Shown: one piece after another, positions 10,747-27,033 of the stretch
Position numbering within the stretch: the stretch's first letter is position 1
Layout: each line of letters begins with the position of its first letter
Source: Macrostomum lignano
Lineage: Eukaryota
DNA length: 64,000 bases
Assembly: GCA_002269645.1 (NCBI GenBank)
Contig: NIVC01001226.1
Span: forward strand, 1 to 64,000
Reading direction: 5' to 3'
Position numbers and translations under genes: made by a program
Notes under the pieces: model-generated
The model's database searches: none
Told to the model about the DNA's origin: nothing
Seen by the model: the letters and a program-made list of their open reading frames with translations, nothing else

Positions 10747-13349
10747 ATCTCGCTCGAGGCTCTGCCCGAAGTTGATGAACGCCAGAACTACGGCCGCCGC
10801 TGAAGGACACACTTCGCCTGGTATACATCGCGTTTTTGCTTCACGGTGTGGGCATTCTGCTACCCTGGAATCTATTCATCAATGCCAAGGAGTACTTTGA
10901 GAACTACAAGCTCAACACGAACATCTCGCGCGAGGCGGACTACAGGCACAATTTTATGAACTACATCGGCCTCGGGTCTCAGCTGCCCAACATGCTCATG
11001 CTGGCTTGCAACGTCTTCTTTCAGCCGTTGACGACCAGCGAAGGACAGGAAAAAACTGGCAGCAAAAATGCCGCACGTCGCATTATGCTGGTGATCCTGA
11101 TCGAAGTTTGCGTCTGCGCCACCACCGTCATCATGGCCTTGGTGGACACGAGCGAATGCCCGCGATTGTTCTTCGATGTCACGCTAATCAGTGTCATTGT
11201 GCTCAACTGTTGCACCGGCGTCTATCAGTCCTCGGCGTTCGGCATGGCGGGTGTGCTGCCCATGACCTACTCCAGTGCGATCGTACTGGGTAAGGCGTCT
11301 ATCGTGATGCTTCTCGTGCGTGTCGTAGGAATCAGGGCGTCGCCACCGGGGGGGGGACATGTCACAGTAAAAGCTGTAGGGGGGTTATGCCAATGCTTTG
11401 TCCCCCTCACCCAACCTTGTGATCCGTTATGAAAATCAATAATTTTGCTTCAGGGTGACAAAATATAGTGCCTGCAGCGCTTAAATGAGTGCCTGCGGCG
11501 CTAAAATGAGTGCCTGCGGCGCTAAAATGAGTGCCTGCGGCGCTAAAATGAGTGCCTGCGGCGCTAAAATGAGTGCCTGCGGCGCTAAAATGAGTGCCTG
11601 CGGCGCTAAAATGAGTGCCTACGGCGCTAAAATGAGTGCCTGCGGTGCTAAAATGAGTGCCTGCGGCGCTAAAATGAGTGCCTGCGGCGCTAAAATGAGT
11701 GCCTGCGGCGCTAAAATGAGTGCCTGTGGCGCTAAAATGAGTGCCTGCGGCGCTAAAATGAGTGCCTGTGGCGCTAAAATGAGTGCCCGCCGCGCCAAAA
11801 TGAGTGCCTGTGGCGCTAAAATGAGTGCCCGCCGCGCCAAAATGAGTGCCTACGGCGCTAAAATGAGTGCCTGTAGCTCTAAAACGAGTGCCTGTGGCGC
11901 TAAGATCAGTGCCTGAGGCGCTAAAACGAGTGCCTGCGGCGCCAAATGAGCGCTGACAACACCGATTCTGAAAATAATGTACATGTACATATAGAATTCT
12001 TGGCTCTGTCCCCCCAACCATAAAATCCATCGCGACACCCCTGGTAGGAATCCCGCCCAGACCCCATGGTGACAAGGGAGATATTAGTTTATTAGCTAGT
12101 CACAGAACAGCTTTACATAAGTGCGCTGTTACTACTAATCCAAATCTCCGAGTATCTCTCTGGAGCCGGCACAGATATGGGGTGACGGAGGCCCACAAAA
12201 TTTAGCAAACTTTTGCTCATCACTTTCCCAGCAAGCTTAAACATGCCACTTAAAATTCACTTGAAGCACTGAAGCATTTTAACGTCGTTTTACGCAACGC
12301 AGGTAACAACATCTGCGGAACAGTGGTTGCCATTGTGAACATTGTTAGTCGGCTGGCATCTTCGCAGAATCTGCAAATGACCGCCGTTGGCTATTTCTCA
12401 TTCTCTGTCGTACTGCTACTCATCTGCTTCTCCTCGCTCCTCATATTGCCGAAGCTGCCGTTCTATCGGCACTACCAGCAGCCGCCGTCGCAACCGCATT
12501 CGTCTGAGAGGACCTGCGACACGACGCAAGGCGGCGCTAAGAACCGACTGCTCAATGAGCAGACGTCTTTCGAATCGGACGACTCAACTGAAACTGTAAA
12601 CGGATGCTGCGATGAGAATCTGGAAACTGTCAGGGCTTGTTGTGCTTTGTGCTGTATCCGCAAGGGACCTGTGGCTGCGTGCTCCAGGTGAGCCAGCCGA
12701 TTTTTTTAAAGAGTTTCCGATTTCCAAGTCCATTGAATTTTGGTAAAACAGCTGTGTCGTCAAAGTTGAATTCATAACTTTGAACCACAATTTCAGATAC
12801 TGGCAGAGATACCTGGCTGCCTTCAAAGAGTGCTGGGTTCACTGCCTCAGCGTCTGGTCGACATTCTTCTGCACGCTGGCCTGCTTTCCAGCCGTTCAAT
12901 CGGCCATCCGTCCGGTCCAGCTGCTGTCCATAGAGGCCTGGTTCACCGACATCTTCGTGTTCCTCGGCTTCAACCTGTTCGCCATGCTGGGCAGTCTGGC
13001 GTCAAATTTTGTACAATTCCCAAAACCACGCTGGCTGGCACTGGCCGTGTGGATTCGAACCCTAATCTTCATACCGTTCTTCATCATGTGCAACTGTTTC
13101 CCGGACAACCGGGCCCCGGCATTCCCGGTGGTCATCGCTAATGACTACGTGTTCACGGCTGGCATGGTGTTGTTCGCTTTCACCGGCGGCTACTTCAGCG
13201 CCCTCTGCATGATGTACGCGCCAAGGGACGTGAAGAATCCAAAGCACGCGGCATTGGCTGGCATGGTGTCGTCATTCTTCCTGGTCTCCGGCATCTTCTG
13301 CGGAGTGGCCTTCGGTGGAGTGCTGTTCAATGTGGTGCAGGCGCATTAG
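10747..13349 (+). CDS. SLC29A: Equilibrative nucleoside transporter (SLC29/ENT), 5'-truncated copy 1; exons ~10747-11289, 12303-12687, 12797-13349
   Basis: Motifs DTLRLVYIAFLLHGVGILLPWNLFINA (TM1), AIVLG|NNICG, FNLFAMLGS, FTGGYFSALCMMYAP and MVSSFFLVSGIFCG are present, and splice phases are consistent (1, 2). There is no in-frame ATG before TM1, so it may be non-functional. Confidence 0.88.
11333..12043. mobile_element. hAT-type MITE carrying an internal 21-bp tandem array, in ENT intron; copy at 27620-28331
   Basis: TIRs CAGGG(G)CGTCGC / GCGACACCCCTG, perfect 8-bp TSD GTAGGAAT (11325-11332 and 12044-12051), and an internal (GCCTGCGGCGCTAAAATGAGT)n array at ~11465-11950. Confidence 0.9.
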
Positions 13350-14491
13350 GCCGCTTAGAAAATTCCAAGTATATCAACTTATGGATGGAGCAAATAGTCA
13401 AGCTGCATAAAGCTCGTCACTCTTAATGTCTCGATGTTAAAAAATCTTAAAAATATGTTACTTTTTCTAGAGCAGCTAGCTGACGTATTTCTATATTACA
13501 ACTTCTAGTTCCATAAGCTCAGATATAACTTTGTTATAGTGCGTCATAATTTCCGGTGTTGCAGTCGTTGATTTCTGGCTAGAGACAGATTATAACAATT
13601 TAGTAAGACCCCTTTAAATCAAATTGCTATTCGATTAGACGCTCCAGTACTTTCTGGTGACCCTATTTGTCATTGACGTTGGCTAATTTTATAGCTTCAA
13701 TTTTTGGCCTCCATCTAGCTGGTTGAGTTTTGTCACGTCAACGAAGAAAACTTGTTTGCAGTTCAATTTTTGCGTATCTGTCACTCTTTTGGTGTATTTT
13801 TTGTTAAATTAAATTATATTTAGGCTGTAAGCTATCGTGATGAAACTATAACTCAGTACTTCAATACAATTAGTAAATATGTAATATCATGCAATGTCAA
13901 TTAATTTTAATATGGTGATTAATGCGCAACAGCTAGAATTAATTGCTGCATACTGAGAATTATAAATACTTTACCAAATGTTTCTGCTGATTCTGGTTGC
14001 TGAATTTTGAAAGTCTGAGAGACCCTATAGATCAAACATTAGCTACTTAATAAGTAGTACGAGTATAAACATGATTCAATTTTGATTGGTCAGTTGCGTT
14101 AAAATATACTGATATTCCTCTATATGTGCTACTCATATTGTTGAAGTAAGTAAGTAAAGCGTTTTTTATTATTTAATGACTTTCAAATCCACTTATATGA
14201 CACATATGCATTACCCCTAAGTTCACGTCCGCCAGCATTGCAAGTTAAGCCGAGTTGCTCCTGGTTAGTGCACACAGTTAAAGTTGCTATGCTTGTGTCC
14301 AGGGAGTTTTTCAGCGACCAGGTTTCGGCGTTCGACCACTGCCTCATAGAACAAAGCCGCCCTCTGGCGGCTATAAGAATTTGACCTACAGGACCGCTTT
14401 TACAGCAGGAAACACGACGCCCATACAAGCTCTAATCAACATTGCGGACGTCAAGAACCAGACCGCCGAGGTAGACGAACTGCTGGTGCCA

Positions 14492-15990
14492 TGAGAATCT
14501 CTCTCACCCTAAGAATCTCTCTCACCTTTGAAAATCTCTCTCACTTTGAGAATATCTCACCTGGAGAATCTCTCACCTTGAGAATATCTCGCCTGGAGAA
14601 TCTGTCACCTAGAGAATCTCTTACCGGGAGAATCTGTCACCTGGAGAATCTCTCATCTTGATCATCTCTCGCCTGGAGAATATCTCACCCTGAGAATCTC
14701 TCACCTGGAAAATCTCTCACCTTGAGAATCTTTCCCTAAAGAGAATCTCTCACCTTGAGAATCTCTCACCTTGGGAATCTCTCTCACCCTGAGAATCTCT
14801 CACCTGGAGAATCTTTCCCTTAGAGAATCTCTCAACTTGAGAATCTCTCACCTGGAGAATCTTTCCCTTAGAGAATCTCTCAACTTGAGAATCTCTCAAC
14901 TTGAGAATCTCTCACCTTGAGAATCTTTCCCTTAGACAATCTCTCACTTTGAAACTCTCTCACCTTGAGAATCTCTCACCTTGGGAATCTCTCACCCTGA
15001 GAATCTCTCTCACCTTGAGAATCTCTCACCTTGGGAATCTCTCACCCTGAGAATGTCTCACCTTGAGAACCTCTCACCCTGATAATATCTTGCCTGGAGA
15101 ATCTGTAACCTGGAGAATCTCTCATCTTGTTAATCTCTCGCCTGGAGAATATCTCACATGGAGAATCTCTCACCGGGAGAATCTGTCACCTGGAGAATCT
15201 CTCATCTTGATTATCTCTCGCCTGGAGAATATCTCACCTTGAGAATCTCTCACCTGGAAAATCTCTCACCTGGAGAATCTCTCACCTGGAGAATCTCTCA
15301 TCTAAAGAATCTCTCACCTGGAGAATCTCTCACCTTGAGAATCTCTCACCTTGAGAATCTCTCACCTGGAGAATCTCTCACCTGGAGAATCTCTCACCTA
15401 GAGAATCTCTCACCTGGAGAATCTCTCAACTTGAGAATCTCTCTCACCTTGAGAATCTCTCACCTTGGGAATCACTCACCCTGAGAATGTGTCACCTTGA
15501 GAACCTCTCACCCTGATAATATCTTGCCTGGAGAATCTCTCACCTGGAGAATCTCTCACCGGGAGAATCTGTCACCTGGAGAATCTCTCATCTTGATAAT
15601 CTCTCGCCTGGAGAATATCTCACCTTGAGAATCTCTCACCTGGAGAATCTCTCACCTGGAGAATCTCTCACCTGGAGAATCTCTCACCTAGAGAATCTCT
15701 CACCTGGAGAATCTCTCAACTTGAGAATCTCTCTCACCTTGAGAATCTCTCACCTTGGGAATCACTCACCCTGAGAATGTGTCACCTTGAGAACCTCTCA
15801 CCCTGATAATATCTTGCCTGGAGAATCTCTCACCTGGAGAATCTCTCACCGGGAGAATCTGTCACCTGGAGAATCTCTCATCTTGATAATCTCTCGCCTG
15901 GAGAATATCTCACCTTGAGAATCTCTCACCTGGAGAATCTCTCACCTGGAGAATCTCTCACCTGGAGAATCTCTCACCTGAGGAATCTCT
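14492..15990 (+). repeat. 16-bp minisatellite (T[G/T]GAGAATCTCTCACC) upstream of the carboxypeptidase; copy at 30781-31936
   Basis: Direct tandem repeat; it produces the spurious ENLSPGESLTWRISHL ORFs. Confidence 0.96.
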
Positions 15991-16347
15991 TATCTGTAGA
16001 ACATGCCTTAAAATCCACCATTTTAACGAACTCGCAAGGCTTGTTATGAACAGCTAAACAGCAAAATTTAAAATTTAAAAATTTTTAATTAATTAGATTC
16101 AATTAAAAAAAGCCTAAGCTGCGAGAAGTGAATTTATTGCAAAGATGACATTTCTTGTTTAACTAAGCGTTCGCAAAATTGTTTCAATGCTTTCATTCGA
16201 CGCAAAAATTATCGAGCAACAGGTGTTTCGAAGTCGCGCATGACCTTTATGCCATTCTGTTTTATTTAAATAAATAACCTCTGAAACGGCTAAAAGCTTT
16301 AAAATTATTTCATCCAGCTCGACACTTGCTGGCCGCCTGTTTCTACA

Positions 16348-22082
<5,735 letters not shown>

Positions 22083-23902
22083 TTGAAGATTTACATAATA
22101 AAATTAACTAACATTACAAAACAGTTTAAAATCTTAACAATGTAATCAGTTGTCGGCAACCTTTTTACTTCAAGGGCCAAATATAAAAGTCTTGATGATT
22201 GCTGCGGGCCAGATGATAGATGACAGATTAGAGAGGTGAGAGAAAAGATTAGATAAAAGATAAGAGATGAGATGAGAGGAGAGAGCTGAGAAGAGACACA
22301 AACCTTGAGCGGGCTGGATTGCTATAGTGAAGTTTCAAAGGATCAAAGGAATTGTTTCAAAGGCCGGATAGAGAGGTGAAATACATATTTCACCCCTACA
22401 CTTCTACGGTAAAATTACCCCTGCACTATTAATTTTAACGGTTTTCCTTAATTAACGGTTTTAATTTTAACGACTTCTGCTATCCAATTCTACTGTATTA
22501 TTACAGTTTTGCACTTAACTCATTACTATCGCAAAAACGAAAAATAAATCCGATAAAATCACTCACAAAAGTAGATAAACTTCGTTAACAGAAAATGTTC
22601 AATTTTTTTTCAAACAAAATCTGAAGTAAATTATAACAAAATAATAGAAATATGTCAATGGTTTGGAATGTTTAAAACAATCTTTGAGATAAAATCGGTC
22701 TGGAATTTATTGAAACCGGCATAAAAAACTGTGAGCTTGGAAATTATAGTGCTTATTAAATACTAGGCAGTATAATTATAGTTTGAAAGATATAAGAAGC
22801 ATAATACATGATAATATATACACCACGCAAAAAGTGAGTAAGATAAGCACTGAAAGATGCAGGTTAGCATAATTGCGCATCATATTTTAACAGTAAAACG
22901 AGTGAAATAAATAAATAATTCCGGAAAAAATTACTAATTAACCTGCTAACTATTTCGGCTGAAAGGAGATTCAATGTGACAAATATGAGAATATTTGCAA
23001 CATATTTTAATTTGAAGGCACACACAATAAAGGAAAAAGTAATCAAGTTTTGAATTATGAGCAACAATGCTCGATAAAAACCTGCTATGCTTGCACAATA
23101 GATTGAGATTGCAAATAGAATTTCTGTATAAATTATTACAGATAGTGCACCTGAATATTGCAAAAATAAATTATTGAACAGGGCTCTAAAACTGCAGTTT
23201 TTTCTGAATACGAAATTATTACAAGCAAAAATTTGAAGAAATGTTTAACTTGCTTAAAGCAGCAATTTTTGGTTTATTTTTTTGTTAAATTGGCTGAGCT
23301 CAAATTGCTCATCAATAAGTTTTTAACAATTTTGACTCTCTGATGTGCCAGCGGCCCAGGCTCGATTCCAAGTGCAGTCACATTAATTTGGGGCTAAATT
23401 GGAATCTCGGCTTGGCTCTGCTCGTGCAATTAATGTCATTAAGAGCCAACCCCCCAAGGCACAGTGAAGTGTACATGCCCAACGATTAATAAAGTTAAGG
23501 CCGCTGTACACTCCTGTGTGTGTGCCTGTGCGTATGACTGCGTACGTATCCGCGCGCTTGTGTGCCTGCTCAGGGGAGTCGGCGGAATGGGGGCAGCAAT
23601 GCCTCTCGCCGGTTGTGCGACAATGTCGCTTAAAGTGCGCCCGAGTGCATACAGCTCCATGCCTCTAATAAAAAATCTCTTCAGTGCATTTTTCAAGCGA
23701 ATTGTCTATGGCCCAACCCCACTAAGCTGTCACTCAGTTTGAAACCGGCACTGCAGATAATTTTTTTTACTTTAGTCATTGAATTGTCTTTGGCCCAACC
23801 CCACTGAGCTGTCACTCAGTTTGAAACCGGCACTGCAGATAAAGTTTGTTTTTTTACTTTAGTCATTGAATTGTCTATGGCCCAACCCCACTGAGCTGTC
23901 AC

Positions 23903-26900
23903 TCAGTTTGACCCCAGCGAGGCGGCAGATTTTGGCCTCGGCAGCCGACTGGCAGAAGTCGATCGAAATTTTCTAGCAACAGCACCGGAGCTTTGCCGCT
24001 GCTCAGTTTGAGACGCCGGCATAGGCCAGTAGTTGCGGCGCCGATTGGCATGTTGCCGATGTTGCTGCTTTTGCATCAGCTGGAGCCGGTCAAGAAGACT
24101 GCATAGGCGAGCTAACGAATTCAAACTGGCTGGTGTGCCCTGTCTCAGCAGGGCTAGCGGGCGATAGTTACGCTTGAGTAGGTCGGTGTTTGAGCACAGG
24201 TGCTTTAGCCAGGCTGACAAGAAACCGGCACTGCAGATAAAGTTTGCTTTTTTACTTTAGTCATTAAATTTGAGCACAAATACTAGGAAAGCAAATCCCA
24301 TTAATCTCTTAACCATGCAATCTAATCAAAACACTTATTGACAATCCACTAGGGTTGTAGCCTCCTCAAGACTCACGACTGAAAGGTTAGGGGTTCGTTT
24401 CCCGATCCCACTGGAACAATTTGTGTCCTTGAGAGCAAGACACTCAACTCTGCATTGCTTGAGTTCACCCAGCTGTAAAATGGGTGCCAGCATTAGCTGG
24501 GGGAATTGAGGGTGTGTGTGGCGACCCCCCCCCAGTCCTTGGACTGAACAGCCTTTAGACTGCGCCACACAGTAGCTGCGGCCATACATGCGCAACCTTC
24601 AAAAATCGGTCGGCCGTGTGACTTAGTTTTAATAAAAATGCGACGTAGTTTTTGGCCAAAAAATGCGACTTACATATTAAAAAAACCCAAGCAAAATTAA
24701 CGCAACTTTGGGTAAACAACATGAGTAACTATGACTGTCTTATTAAGCCAACATGCCTCGTCAGCTACTTAGTACTACCACTTGAGTATCTGTTCGGGTG
24801 GGCATTTTTGCGACTTCTTTGTTTGGCTGCCAAATCGGTCGGCCGTCGGCCGACTCGGCCGACTGTTATGCATGTATGGCTGCGGCTGTGTCGGTTGCGC
24901 ATCTGCCTATTATGGCAGGTGTAATCAATTAACTATGCTTTTCTCCTAAACCTCCCATTCCATGTATCAAAGCTAATTTCCACTCACTTTAAACAGGCAA
25001 CGACAAAGGCATCGAATCGGCCCTGTTCGCCATTTGATTCGCTTTTCGAAGCATTTATTTGACGCACAATGGCCGACAGCTTTAGACCAATCGGTACTGC
25101 GGAAATTTGGAAATGTTAAATCAATAGATTGAGACGCAAAGCAATCGAACCCCCCCCCCCCTCGTTCGTGGGTTCTGAGACTCACCGCAACTGGCACAAG
25201 ACTCTTCAACCAGCAGACACAGCGGCGAAGCCATCAGTCTGCTTTTCTTTAACAGCAGACTTCTCTGTTGAACAGTTCTAGCCTTGCTAACATTGCCGCC
25301 AAATTGATTGACAAATTTGGCTGTGGACCAAGCGCTGGACATTGCTAAACCGTTGCTAACTAGACTGTACAATGAGCGGCACAGTAAACCTACAATAACA
25401 GATGAAGATTGACCGTTGCTAGGCAAACTGCAGATCGATATCAGCTGTTCGACAGCAGACGCGGCTTGAGCAGACAATCGATTGAGTTGGCGAGTAGGCG
25501 ATTCGGGAACTGGAAGGCGAGACGGTGCAGCAGTTTGAGCCGGTTTGCTGGACACTGGCGAGCCGCAGAATTCCAACGGCGGGCTGTCCTCGTCGTCGCC
25601 ATAGAGACCAACTGACTGGGGTATTACCTGGTCTCGGGAAATATTGTTGAGCACGGGGGGCGTTTGAGCACGGATTGATTGGTTAATTAGTCTTCAGGAT
25701 GTCAAGTTAGTCTATAGGAAGCTAAATCTATCTTTGGGATTTTTCAGTTAGCCAGTAGGAAATACGGGGAATTTTTGAGAATTAGTCAGTGAGAATCATG
25801 GGAATTTTGTTTAAATTAGTCAGTGGGAATCATGGGGAATTTTTTAGAATTAGTCAGTGGGAATCATGAGGAACGTTTTTAGAATTAGTCAGTGGGAATC
25901 ATGGGGAACTTTTTTAGAATTAGTCAGTGGGAATCATGGGGAACTTTTTTAGAACTAGTCAACGGGAATCATGAGGAACTTTTTTAGAATTAGTCAATGG
26001 GAATCATGGGGAATTTTTTAAAATTAGTCAGTGGGAATCATGAGGAACTTTTTTAGAATTAGTCAGTGGGAATCATGGGGAACTTTTTTAGAATTAGTCA
26101 CATGCTTGGGCGCAACCTTGGGATTCACTCGGCCGCTTCTATTGGCAACACACACATGTAAGTCGCTATTGGACGGAAAAGTAGTCACGTGACTGGTATC
26201 AGCCAATAGCGACTTACATGTGCGTGTTGCCAATAGAAACGGCCGGGTGATTCCCAAAGTTGCGCATGTATGATTAGTCAATGGGAATCATGGGGAATGT
26301 TTTTAGAATTAGTCAATGGGAATCATGGGGAATGTTTTTAGAATTAGTCAGTGGGAATCATGGGGAATTTTAATCAGTGGGAACTATAGAGAATTTTTCT
26401 AGTTAATAAGAAGGAATCATCTGGGAATTATTTAGCCCGTGGGAATGATGGAGAATGTATGTATGATCAGGGATACTGAAAGCAAGGTTCAGAGCCAGCT
26501 CAGAATAACAATTCTCACATGGAAGTCTTGCCCGATCAGGGAGAGCTTGGCCGGTGGCACAGACAAGCACCTGCTAGCAGCATGATCGTCGCAGCTTGAG
26601 CAGCGAACTTTCTGACGCCTCCTGCTGCGTCCGCGACTTGACCTGGGAGCAGCAGCAGCAGCAGCAGCCGGAGCATCTGCACTAGAAGCAGAGACGGCGC
26701 CAATTCCTCCGCTAGGTGGCCTTCTCCGCCTCGAACAGCGACTGCTTGGATTGCTGCTACTAGAGAAGTCAGGCAGATTGGTGGAGACGCCAGCCGGCAA
26801 CTCTTGGCGTAGAAATGCCAGATCTGGCAAATTTGAACAGCTGACAGCCGATCGAAGTAGTTGGTTGGATTCCAGCTTTTGATCGCTACTATTATTATTA

Positions 26901-27033
26901 TCATTATGCCGAACTAATAACGATTGTGGATGTTGAAGAATTCTCAGATTTGAAGGCCGGCGATCGGATTTCAGGCCGCGCCAAGTTGTACGCCTGGAGC
27001 AAGGCGGGGCGGCCTGTCTGGTCTGGCAAGGAC
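23903..27033 (-). CDS. RUSC-like RUN-domain gene, 5'-truncated duplicate (copy 1): exons 27033-26519, ~25615-25186, 25096-24988, 24230-23903; frame remains open
   Basis: Identical splice sites and open frames to the copy at 41836-44826. The frame continues across the junction to an ATG at 27115. Confidence 0.7.
26101..26272. mobile_element. 172-bp fold-back MITE with 8-bp TSD, present only in unit 1
   Basis: Long internal inverted repeats (GCGCAACCTTGGGATTCACTCGGCCG...CGGCCGGGTGATTCCCAAAGTTGCGC) and a perfect TSD ATTAGTCA (26093-26100 and 26273-26280). It is absent from the equivalent arrays at ~10 kb and ~43.8 kb. Confidence 0.92.

Noticed and set aside
11407-12075. ORFs with AAGTHFS / MSACGAK repeats (143-222 aa)
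   Set aside because: They are stop-free readings of the 21-bp array inside a MITE in an ENT intron.
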